The notes: generated by a model not told the origin, from the sequence alone. A stretch of DNA of 32,000 bases from Edaphobacter aggregans (GCF_003945235.1 NZ_RSDW01000001.1:1470001-1502000); one strand, 5' to 3'; counted from the first letter of the stretch, positions 1-8,626 are shown. Translations and numbers: made by a program.

Positions 1-14
1 TCCAACCTGTTGCA

Positions 15-941
15 GTGGCGGCGAAGAAGGTGACTGCGGCCGATGTCGGGGAGCATGCTCCTGTTCGGCTGACGCATCCCGCAAAAGTGCTGGATGCTCA
101 ATCAGGCATGACGAAGCAGATGCTGGCGGACTACTACTGGGCTGTGGCGGAGTGGATGCTGCCGCACATCGCGGACCGGCCTGTGAGTTTGGTGCGGTGT
201 CCTGAGGGATCGGGGAGTCCATGTTTTTTTCAGAAGCATGTGAACCATATGTTGCCCAAAGGGATTGGGAGCGTTGATATTGCGGACAAGAATGGAAAGG
301 TAGAGCCGTATATCACGCTGAATAATGCGGAGGCTCTGGCGGGGTTGGCGCAGATGGGTGTGCTCGAGGTGCATCCGTGGGGCTCGCGAAATGAGAGTCT
401 TGAACAGCCCGACCGTCTGATCTTCGATCTCGATCCGGATGAAGCGCTGACGTGGAAGGTATTGGCGGGGGCTGCGACCGATGTGCGGGCACAGTTGAAG
501 AAGATGGGGCTGGAGAGCTTTGTTAAAACCACGGGAGGCAAAGGACTGCACGTTGTTGTGCCGATCGAGCCGGAGTTGGAGTGGCCTGCGATCAAGGATT
601 TCGCTCGTGGTGTTGTGGTTGATATGGAGAAAGCGAATCCTGGGCTTTATTTGACGAAGATGACGAAGGCGGCTCGGGTTGGCAAGATTTATCTGGATTA
701 TCTGCGGAACGAGCGAGGAGCGACTTCGGTGGCGGCTTACTCTCCGCGCGCGCGGGCGGGAGCGCCGGTGTCGATGCCGCTTAGCTGGAGCGAGTTGAAG
801 CTGGCGGAAAGGCCAGTGTTTCGTGTCGCCGAATTCAGTGAGTGGAAGGCACGGTTGAAGAAGGATCCCTGGAAAGGGATGAGTGGTGTGAAGCAGCACA
901 TTACTGCAGCGGCGCTTGAGAGTGTCGGCCTGAAGAGCTAG
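15..941 (+). CDS. ligD: DNA ligase D polymerase (primase-polymerase, NHEJ) domain protein; either stand-alone PolDom or the C-terminal domain of a longer LigD starting upstream of the window
   Basis: 308-aa ORF with LTHPAKVL...SLVRCPEG...FDLDPD...TTGGKGLHVVVP...YLDYLRN, typical LigD Pol-domain blocks. The reading frame stays open back to position 3, so the GTG at 15 is only a candidate start. Confidence 0.8.
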   Translation: MAAKKVTAADVGEHAPVRLTHPAKVLDAQSGMTKQMLADYYWAVAEWMLPHIADRPVSLVRCPEGSGSPCFFQKHVNHMLPKGIGSVDIADKNGKVEPYITLNNAEALAGLAQMGVLEVHPWGSRNESLEQPDRLIFDLDPDEALTWKVLAGAATDVRAQLKKMGLESFVKTTGGKGLHVVVPIEPELEWPAIKDFARGVVVDMEKANPGLYLTKMTKAARVGKIYLDYLRNERGATSVAAYSPRARAGAPVSMPLSWSELKLAERPVFRVAEFSEWKARLKKDPWKGMSGVKQHITAAALESVGLKS

Positions 942-1818
942 TTGCCGTTCCGACTTTCGCAGCGCTTAGGCGCATGACGAGGCATTTTGCTGCTCCACCG
1001 GCTTTGAGGAATTCGCTAAGCGAGACGGGGACTACATGGAAGCAGTGGTCTTCGAGTTGGTCCGTCAGTTCCCTGCTGATGTCGTTCAGGATGATTGTGC
1101 GGTCGATGTTTATGACGTTGCAGGCGAAGCGGGTAGCGTCTGGCTCGTTGATGATGATTCGTTTTGAGGGTGGGTAGAAGGCCTCAATCGTTGCGAGAGA
1201 TGAGGCGTCGAAGGCTTGTGGGTAATACATCGCGTAGTTGTTTTCTAGTGGTGCGAAACAGGTGTCAAGGTGGTAAAAACGTGGATCGATGAGGTGAAGT
1301 GGCACCACCTCGACGTTCCAGATTTTGCTGAGGTAGTGGTGGCTGGCCGCTGTGGTGCGGGGGCCGTGGCCTGCCCAGAGGCGGGTGCCGTCGGTGGAGA
1401 AGAGGGCGTCGCCTTCGCCTTCGAACGGGGTTTCGCGGGGGATGTCGAGGATGGTATAACCGGCGTCCTGGAACCAGTGGCGGAAGTGCTGCTCTTCGGC
1501 TTGGCGTTCAGCGTGGAAGAAGCTGCTGAGAGCTACGATTCCGTGGTGTTCGAGGCCAGCATTGGCGGTGAAGACCATGTCGGGGGAGCCGGGTTGGGGC
1601 TCGACTAGTTCGACGTCGGCTACTTCGGTGAGGGCTTCGTAGAGCCGATGCCACTGTTGTGCGGCGCGTTCGCGGGAAGAGCTATGGACGTTGCCGGCCA
1701 TCCACGGATTGATGACGTAGTTGACGTCGTAGAGACGGGGCGGGCACATGAGGTACGTGGGCCGGGATGCGGCGAGTGGTGCAAGGGGTGCGGCAAGTTC
1801 AATCGGCTGGGTGCTCAT
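901..1818 (-). CDS. Amidinotransferase / DDAH-like protein (guanidino-group-modifying enzyme fold)
   Basis: YLMCPPRLYDVNYVINPWM, FTANAGL, HLDTCFAPL and C-terminal GGAAKCLVMRL (candidate nucleophile Cys). Start set to ATG at 1818 (MSTQPIE), preceded by GGAG; the track ORF extends to 1866. Confidence 0.7.
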   Translation of the reverse strand: MSTQPIELAAPLAPLAASRPTYLMCPPRLYDVNYVINPWMAGNVHSSSRERAAQQWHRLYEALTEVADVELVEPQPGSPDMVFTANAGLEHHGIVALSSFFHAERQAEEQHFRHWFQDAGYTILDIPRETPFEGEGDALFSTDGTRLWAGHGPRTTAASHHYLSKIWNVEVVPLHLIDPRFYHLDTCFAPLENNYAMYYPQAFDASSLATIEAFYPPSKRIIINEPDATRFACNVINIDRTIILNDISRELTDQLEDHCFHVVPVSLSEFLKAGGAAKCLVMRLSAAKVGTATSSSGRHSQAPLQ

Positions 1819-1868
1819 GTGTGTCTCCATCATGAGCATCACAGTTGCGAAAACCCGCGTCAACACTA

Positions 1869-1898
1869 ATGATTATGCATGTCCTGATGCATAATCAT
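1869..1898. promoter_or_regulatory. Perfect 12-6-12 inverted repeat ATGATTATGCAT-gtcctg-ATGCATAATCAT; candidate operator in a divergent promoter region
   Basis: Read directly from the sequence. AT-rich palindrome between the divergent genes starting at 1818 (-) and 1913/1988 (+). Confidence 0.45.
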
Positions 1899-1987
1899 GC
1901 ATCCGAAAGACGGTGTCGCTGAGGATGAGTGTTAGACTTCGTGAGCGTTGCCGGGCCAGGATGCTCAATCGGATCGAGGAGGACGGG

Positions 1988-2410
1988 ATGGTGGAATCTC
2001 GAACGGGTTGGCCGGGCTGGTTGTATGCCTGCGTGATCGTTGGAGCGCTGTTGATGGCGCTGGGTGGTGTGATTGCGCTGATAAATCCGGCGATGCTGCT
2101 GGCTCCCGGTGAGCCGATTACTGCCGGGGTCAGGGTGTATGCAGGGTATCTGGTGTCGCGCAACATCGTGCTGGCTGTGATGCTGATGGCGATGCTCGCT
2201 GTACGAGCTCGTCGGATGCTGTGCGGCCTGATGCTGCTGACAGCGCTGATTCAGGCGCTGGATGCGATCCTCGATGCTCGCGACGGGCGGTGGATGCTGG
2301 TGCCCGGAGTGACTGTATTTGCCGTTGTCTTCCTTTTTGGAGCGTGGTGGCTCGCCGGGAAAGGCTCGTGGCGGATCTGGCATCAGGACTCGGAGAGCAT
2401 CCGGGCCTGA
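1988..2410 (+). CDS. Small integral membrane protein (about 4 predicted TM helices), function unknown
   Basis: Hydrophobic segments WLYACVIVGALLMALGGVIALI, VLAVMLMAMLAV, LMLLTALIQALDAIL, VTVFAVVFLFGAWWL. ATG at 1988 follows GAGGAGGA; the track ORF starts at GTG 1913. Confidence 0.6.
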   Translation: MVESRTGWPGWLYACVIVGALLMALGGVIALINPAMLLAPGEPITAGVRVYAGYLVSRNIVLAVMLMAMLAVRARRMLCGLMLLTALIQALDAILDARDGRWMLVPGVTVFAVVFLFGAWWLAGKGSWRIWHQDSESIRA

Positions 2411-2442
2411 ATGTGGTGTTGAGGTTCTGTGAAGCTGAGCTG

Positions 2443-3573
2443 CTAGAGGTTGCCGCGGAGTTCTTGTTCGCGTTCGATGGCTTCGAAGAGGGCTTTGAAG
2501 TTGCCTTTGCCGAAGCTGCGGCTCCCCTTGCGCTGGATGATCTCGTAGAAGACGGTCGGGCGATCTTCTACAGGGCGGGTGAAGATCTGGAGCATGTAGC
2601 CTTCATCGTCTCGGTCGACCAGGATGCCTAGTCGCTCGAGTTCGTCGATAGGCTCGTCGATCTTGCCGATGCGGTTTTGCAGTTCGGTGTAGTAGGTGTG
2701 GGGAACGGTGAGGAAGTCGACGCCCTGCTGCTGCATCTTTGCGACGGTCTCGAGGATGTTGCCGGTGGCTAGGGCGATATGCTGGACGCCCGGGCCCTGG
2801 TAGAAGTCGAGGTACTCCTCTATCTGGGACTTGCGGCGGCCTTCGGCGGGTTCGTTGATTGGGAACTTGACGTAGCCATTGCCGTTGGCCATCACCTTCG
2901 ACATTAGGGCGGAGTACTCGGTGGAGATGTCTTTGTCGTCGAAGTGCTGGTAGAGGCTGAAACCCATGACGTGAGCGTAGAAGTCGACCCACTCGTTCAT
3001 GGCGTGCCAGCCTACGTTGCCGACCATGTGATCGATGTGGAGGAGGCCTACGGGGCGGGCGACGTGGTCGTGGGCGATGTGACGGTACCCGGGAAAGAAG
3101 GGACCATCGTAGTGGGTACGGTCGACGAAGGTGTGGATGGTGTCGCCGTAGGCTGCGATGCTGGCGATAGTGACGCGACCGTGGTCGTCGGAGAACTCGG
3201 TTGGCTCCTGAATGCTGCGGGCTCCGCGGCTGGTAGTCTCGGTCCAGGCTTGGCGGGCGTCGTCGACCCAGAGGGCTATGGCGCGGACGCCGTCGCCGTG
3301 GCTGTGGACGTGACGGGCGATCTCGGAGTCGGGGCGGAGCGCGGTGGTCAGGACGAAGCGGATCTTGCCCTGTTGGAGGACGTAGGAGGCGCGGTCACGT
3401 TGGCCAGTCTCGGGGCCTGCGTAGGCGATCAAGGACATTCCGAAGGCGGCTCGGTAGAAGTAGGCTGCTTGCCGCGCGTTGCCGACGTAGAACTCGACGT
3501 GGTCGGTGCCCTTGAGGGGGAGGAAATCGGTCGCCTGCGCGGGTTTCGTTTGGGGGAGCGCGGATGTGGACAT
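2443..3573 (-). CDS. hppD: 4-hydroxyphenylpyruvate dioxygenase
   Basis: Full-length match by eye to the HPPD family (HVEFYVGNA...FYRAAFG, HGDGV, GVQHIAL, FYEIIQRKG...GFGKGNFKALFEAIEREQ). Start at ATG 3573 (MSTSALP). Confidence 0.9.
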   Translation of the reverse strand: MSTSALPQTKPAQATDFLPLKGTDHVEFYVGNARQAAYFYRAAFGMSLIAYAGPETGQRDRASYVLQQGKIRFVLTTALRPDSEIARHVHSHGDGVRAIALWVDDARQAWTETTSRGARSIQEPTEFSDDHGRVTIASIAAYGDTIHTFVDRTHYDGPFFPGYRHIAHDHVARPVGLLHIDHMVGNVGWHAMNEWVDFYAHVMGFSLYQHFDDKDISTEYSALMSKVMANGNGYVKFPINEPAEGRRKSQIEEYLDFYQGPGVQHIALATGNILETVAKMQQQGVDFLTVPHTYYTELQNRIGKIDEPIDELERLGILVDRDDEGYMLQIFTRPVEDRPTVFYEIIQRKGSRSFGKGNFKALFEAIEREQELRGNL

Positions 3574-3844
3574 CAGGAGATTCTCCGGTTCGTTTGATGC
3601 AGGGACGAGGATATGCCCGTTGCAATGGAGTTGGCCAGAGGTTCTGAACTGCAACCGGTCAAGGTATCTTCCCCGGTGACGTTTTGCGGCAAAGTATTGA
3701 AATTTATCGTTTTAGCATCGGGACCGTTCACCCCACAGACTGAAAGTCCAGACCTTAGCCACATTGTTCGAAATCTTTAGGAACTACAGCCTGGGGAGTG
3801 GCAAGTATCCGCGGTCGCACGCCCAACTCGGTCCGGTCCTACTC

Positions 3845-3902
3845 AAAGAAAAAGGCACCGGGAGTAATGCTGGCAATCTCCCCCCAACAATCTCCCAGTG
3901 CC
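3845..3902 (-). terminator. Rho-independent terminator directly after rplK
   Basis: Minus-strand RNA GGCACUGGGAG-(27 nt)-CUCCCGGUGCC forms an 11-bp stem with one G.U pair, followed by UUUUUCUUUG. It starts 24 nt after the rplK stop. Confidence 0.65.
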
Positions 3903-3926
3903 TCTTCGATTCAGAACTATCTTCGA

Positions 3927-4361
3927 CTAAGCGACGACTTCGATGCCCATCGAGCGGGCCGTGCCGCGGATGGTCTTCATCGCTGCCTCGACCGATGCCG
4001 CGTTCATGTCGGGCATCTTCTGGGTCGCGATGTCACGGATCTGCTTCTCCGTCACCTTGCCCAGCTTCTCCTTATTCGGAGTGCCCGAGCCCTTGGCGAT
4101 ACCAGCAGCTTTGAGCAGAAGCACAGGAGCCGGAGGGGTCTTGGTGACAAACGTAAAGGTGCGGTCCGCGTAAACGCTGATCACAACCGGGATGGTGAGC
4201 CCAGCCAGGTCAGGAGCCTTCGTGCGGTCGTTGAACTGCTTGCAGAACTCCATGATGTTGACCTGCGCCTGACCAAGCGCGGGACCAACGGGAGGTGCAG
4301 GGGTGGCCTTGCCGGCCATAATCTGAAGCTTGACGTATCCAGTAATCTTCTTCGGTGCCAT
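3927..4361 (-). CDS. rplK: 50S ribosomal protein L11
   Basis: [31 protein letters not shown]...; canonical L11 sequence, 144 aa. Confidence 0.97.
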   Translation of the reverse strand: MAPKKITGYVKLQIMAGKATPAPPVGPALGQAQVNIMEFCKQFNDRTKAPDLAGLTIPVVISVYADRTFTFVTKTPPAPVLLLKAAGIAKGSGTPNKEKLGKVTEKQIRDIATQKMPDMNAASVEAAMKTIRGTARSMGIEVVA

Positions 4362-4460
4362 TGCGGTAAATCCTCTTTATGTCTCTAGCTGCAGGCTCCA
4401 AAGCCGGCTGCTGAATATGGGTAAATCTAAATTCGTTCCCCTGCACATGCAGGAGCAGTA

Positions 4461-5111
4461 CTATGCCTCGACCTTGTCCACCTTCGAGAACTCGATTTCG
4501 ACTGGCGTGGAGCGGCCAAAGATGCTGACCATGACCTTCAACGTCTGCTTGTCTTCGTTGATGTCGTCTACTGCTCCAGTGAAGTTGGCGAATGGCCCCT
4601 CGTTGATGCGGACCTGCTCGCCCTTGTCGAACTTGACCTTCATCGAAGGCTTGTCCTTCGACACATCGGAGCGGAAGAGGATGGAGCTTACTTCCTGCTC
4701 GGAGAGTGCCACCGGATTGTCGCCCGTTCCAAGGAAGCCCGTGACGCGCGGCGTGTTCTTGATGACGTGCCACAGGTCGTTGTCGAGTTCCATCTCAACC
4801 AGAACGTAGCCCGGCAGGAAGACGCGCTCAATCGTGTACTTCTTGCCGTTGCGAAGCTCAGTGACCGGCTCGGTCGGAATCATGATGCGACCGATGCGGT
4901 TCTGCAGGCCGAATGCAGCAATGCGGCTCTCGAGCGACTCGCGAACCTTGCGCTCGAAGCCCGAGTAGGCGTGGATGATGTACCACTTGAAGTTGTCGTT
5001 GACCGGCGGTGCGAGCTGGTCGGTCGGCTGCTCGGAGGCGTTCGACGTCTCTGGGTTTTGCTCTTCCGGGTTCTGCTCTTCTGCCGCCATGGTTGTGCCT
5101 TTTTCGCGCAT
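4461..5111 (-). CDS. nusG: Transcription termination/antitermination factor NusG, with an acidic N-terminal extension of about 40 aa
   Basis: KWYIIHAYSGFERKV (NGN domain) and C-terminal KOW (GEQVRINEGPFANFTGAV). Alternative start at ATG 5090. Confidence 0.95.
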   Translation of the reverse strand: MREKGTTMAAEEQNPEEQNPETSNASEQPTDQLAPPVNDNFKWYIIHAYSGFERKVRESLESRIAAFGLQNRIGRIMIPTEPVTELRNGKKYTIERVFLPGYVLVEMELDNDLWHVIKNTPRVTGFLGTGDNPVALSEQEVSSILFRSDVSKDKPSMKVKFDKGEQVRINEGPFANFTGAVDDINEDKQTLKVMVSIFGRSTPVEIEFSKVDKVEA

Positions 5112-5149
5112 CTGTCTGCTTCTCTCTACTACTGGAACTGCAAAAATCT

Positions 5150-5410
5150 CTAGTGCTGGGTCAAGCGGTGCAACAAGGCCTCGATCGCACGGCCAATGAT
5201 GTTGTCCACCAGCCAGAAGTACGCCGCAAAGATGAACACCGTCACAATCACGACGGTCGTCGTCGCCTGGACTTCGGCCCGCGACGGCGTAATCACCTTG
5301 CGCATCTCACTGCGCACGTCCTTCAGGAAGCTGCTGATCCGCTCTGGCAGTGACTTCAACTGCTGTAACCCAGTGCTTGTCTCTTCCGCTACTGCAATTG
5401 TCTTGGCCAT
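5150..5410 (-). CDS. secE: Preprotein translocase subunit SecE
   Basis: 86 aa with a single C-terminal TM helix, the motif FLKDVRSEMRKVITPSR, and the conserved position between tRNA-Trp and nusG. Confidence 0.9.
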   Translation of the reverse strand: MAKTIAVAEETSTGLQQLKSLPERISSFLKDVRSEMRKVITPSRAEVQATTTVVIVTVFIFAAYFWLVDNIIGRAIEALLHRLTQH

Positions 5411-5487
5411 CGTACTGCCTCAAATCTTCATGTTGCTGAGTAACTTGTTCCGCCTTGGGCGTCGACCGGACTCAGACCGGGCAATGC

Positions 5488-5563
5488 TGGCGGGGGAGCT
5501 CGGATTCGAACCGAGAAGTTCGGTTTTGGAGACCGACAGTTTAACCGTTGAGCTTACTCCCCC
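5488..5563 (-). tRNA. tRNA-Trp (anticodon CCA)
   Basis: Hand-folded cloverleaf: acceptor GGGGGAG/CTCCCCC, anticodon arm TCGGT-CTCCAAA-ACCGA, T arm CTCGG-TTCGAAT-CCGAG, encoded CCA. Confidence 0.95.
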
Positions 5564-5615
5564 GGTAAAGCTGCTAGCTCTTGCTTCCTGCTTACCGGAA
5601 GCGAACGGCTAAAAG

Positions 5616-5765
5616 CTACTTCGTCTCTTTGTGATCTGTGTGCTTGCGGCAGGTATTGCAGAACTTCGAGAACTCTAGCCGGCCAGTGGTCGTCTTCTTG
5701 TTCTTCGTCGTTGAGTAGTTCCTGTTCTTGCACTCAGGGCACTGCAGTGTGATAATTTCGCGCAT
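5616..5765 (-). CDS. rpmG: 50S ribosomal protein L33 (49 aa; below the ORF-track length cutoff)
   Basis: Manual translation: [49 protein letters not shown], carrying the CxxC...CxxC zinc ribbon of L33. Confidence 0.9.
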   Translation of the reverse strand: MREIITLQCPECKNRNYSTTKNKKTTTGRLEFSKFCNTCRKHTDHKETK

Positions 5766-5823
5766 CTATTTATCCTAACCGATTTCAGGCCCTTTCCTGG
5801 GCCACAATCTTCACATTCTTATT

Positions 5824-6141
5824 CTATCCGGCCTTCATCTCGGTAAACAACTCAACCGACACGAGACGCTCCGGACAATCCGGCGTGACCGCAAACAACT
5901 GTTTCCACGCGGGATTCGCATTTTCATACGCCGTTCTGGCTCCATAAGCAGCCATATCGTCGTATTCGATCATCAGGTAAACCGGCCCGGTATCAGGCCC
6001 CGGCACCGTGCTCCGCATCAGACGTATGCCCCGTGGCATTACCGGACTATTGAAATCAGGCGAAGCCGCTCGTTGCAGCTTCGCCATGAAATCGTTCATC
6101 CGTCCCGGCTTTACTTCGTACTTGAAGACCGCCAGAACCAC
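5824..6141 (-). CDS. Hypothetical 105-aa protein, possibly a ferredoxin-like (ABM/Dabb-type) fold
   Basis: Coding-like codon usage. Beta-alpha-beta style N-terminus VLAVFKYEVKPGRMNDFMAKL. GTG start 15 nt after the tuf stop. No family recognised with certainty. Confidence 0.55.
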   Translation of the reverse strand: MVLAVFKYEVKPGRMNDFMAKLQRAASPDFNSPVMPRGIRLMRSTVPGPDTGPVYLMIEYDDMAAYGARTAYENANPAWKQLFAVTPDCPERLVSVELFTEMKAG

Positions 6142-6156
6142 GAGGCACCAGCCTGT

Positions 6157-7344
<1,188 letters not shown>

Positions 7345-7425
7345 GACTGCTCGTCTCCTCGTGTTGGCCGGCGTTTACACCGGCAAGTTCAGGTGAATAA
7401 CTCAAGAGAAACTAAACTTGATGAC

Positions 7426-7773
7426 TCAGTAGTATGCGTACAGCTTGAAAAACTTCGCCCGCAATTCCGGAGCGACCCGCTCCAGGCTGGCGAGATAAAA
7501 CTCGCGAATCTGGCCCTGATCAGCATTGCCAAGCCCGTTGTACTCGGCAGCCGTCGAAGCTCCAAGCAGGCCCTTCGTCAGTACGGTCTCGAAGTCGCGA
7601 ATGCGGAGCTTCAGACGATCGAGCGACTTCAGGAACTCGGCAACCTTCGCCGAAGAGAAGGACGACTCGATCGCTGCCTTCACAGCGCCAAAGTGCTGTG
7701 GATCGGCTATCGGGAGTACAGGCTGCTCATACGTATTGCTCAACAAGATCTCCTGCTGTAACGCCTTCAACAT
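7426..7773 (-). CDS. Hypothetical 115-aa protein between tRNA-Gly and tuf
   Basis: GC3-rich, coding-like codon usage over the whole ORF. Predicted helical, no TM segment. The only Met is the start, at 7773. Confidence 0.6.
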   Translation of the reverse strand: MLKALQQEILLSNTYEQPVLPIADPQHFGAVKAAIESSFSSAKVAEFLKSLDRLKLRIRDFETVLTKGLLGASTAAEYNGLGNADQGQIREFYLASLERVAPELRAKFFKLYAYY

Positions 7774-7777
7774 CTTT

Positions 7778-7852
7778 TGGAGCGGGAGACGGGAATCGAA
7801 CCCGCGACCAACAGCTTGGAAGGCTGTGACTCTACCACTGAGTTACTCCCGC
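7778..7852 (-). tRNA. tRNA-Gly (anticodon TCC)
   Basis: Cloverleaf: acceptor GCGGGAG/CTCCCGC, anticodon arm ACAGC-CTTCCAA-GCTGT, TTCGATT T loop, encoded CCA. Confidence 0.95.
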
Positions 7853-7882
7853 CCGTCAGCTCTCGCTGGAAGCTGAAAATTC

Positions 7883-7957
<75 letters not shown>

Positions 7958-7982
7958 CTTCTAAAAAACCAACCTTACAATC

Positions 7983-8165
7983 CTACCGCGAACCCAGCCG
8001 TCCGAGTATGACGCGGAAGGCAAAAAATCCCAACAAGATCCACGCCAGCGAGCGAAACTTGCCTGGCTCCATCGTCTGCCAGACCAAAATCGCTAGCACC
8101 CCGAATACGGCCAGCGCAATTGCCATTCGTCCGCTGCCGGCGGGGCTTAGATCCACAACATTCAC
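7983..8165 (-). CDS. Candidate small membrane protein (60 aa, two TM helices) inside the tRNA cluster
   Basis: Two hydrophobic helices (MAIALAVFGVLAILVW and LAWILLGFFAFRVILG). GTG start at 8165, or ATG at residue 14. No homologue recognised. Confidence 0.4.
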   Translation of the reverse strand: MNVVDLSPAGSGRMAIALAVFGVLAILVWQTMEPGKFRSLAWILLGFFAFRVILGRLGSR

Positions 8166-8189
8166 CGTCCTACAACCTTACAAACTAAG

Positions 8190-8276
8190 TGGTGCACAGG
8201 GGAGGATTCGAACCTCCGTAACGCGATGCGTGGCAGATTTACAGTCTGCTGCCATTAACCACTCGGCCACCTGTGC
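8190..8276 (-). tRNA. tRNA-Tyr (anticodon GTA), class II with long variable arm
   Basis: Aligns arm by arm with the bacterial tRNA-Tyr layout: GCACAGG-TG-GCC-GAGTGGTTAAT-GGC-A-GCAGA-CTGTAAA-TCTGC-(variable arm)-GGAGG-TTCGAAT-CCTCC-CCTGTGC-A-CCA. Confidence 0.95.
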
Positions 8277-8441
8277 ACATCCTGCAAAACCCACCAGCGC
8301 GCAGCCCACAACTCAAACCATCAATCCCGAACATCTCCGGATTCCGGAAATCACGCGAGTACAAACCTTGAAGGAGTGACCGGAGGCCTGCTGACCTGAA
8401 GGCCCGGCAGTACAACCAAATCCTTGCCTGCTGAATGGAAC

Positions 8442-8517
8442 TGGAGCTGACGAAGGGATTTGAACCCCCGACCCTCTGATTACAAATCAGATGCTCTACC
8501 AGCTGAGCTACGCCAGC
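8442..8517 (-). tRNA. tRNA-Thr (anticodon TGT)
   Basis: Cloverleaf: acceptor GCTGGCG/CGTCAGC (one G.U pair), D arm GCTC-AGCTGGTA-GAGC, anticodon arm TCTGA-TTTGTAA-TCAGA, encoded CCA. Confidence 0.93.
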
Positions 8518-8597
8518 CCAAACAGCCTTTTTTGCCCCCTGTAAGCCCAAGCCGCCTAACGCGCACTAGTGCCTGCGCAGAGTGCGCCGCAGAGCTA

Positions 8598-8626
8598 ACT
8601 TTAGCATAGTGGAGGCCTCAGAGCAA
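8598..8626 (-). promoter_or_regulatory. Candidate sigma70-type promoter for the tRNA-tuf transcription unit
   Basis: Minus strand reads TTGCTC-17 nt-TAAAGT, about 75 nt upstream of tRNA-Thr(TGT). A 7-bp hairpin GCGCACT/AGTGCGC (8561..8587) lies just downstream. Weak match to consensus. Confidence 0.25.

Noticed and set aside
1-14. Calling ligD a complete gene starting at GTG 15
   Set aside because: The frame is open to the window edge, so I cannot tell a stand-alone PolDom from the C-terminal domain of a multidomain LigD. It is reported as possibly partial.
3798-4388. 196-aa + strand ORF overlapping rplK, plus 3764..4114
   Set aside because: It is antisense to the canonical L11 gene and spans the rplK terminator. 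No family resemblance.
4362-4460. L1-binding regulatory leader or attenuator between nusG and rplK
   Set aside because: Only short imperfect stems (for example CCTGCA-tg-TGCAGG) are visible. I cannot support a specific structure without a covariance-model search.
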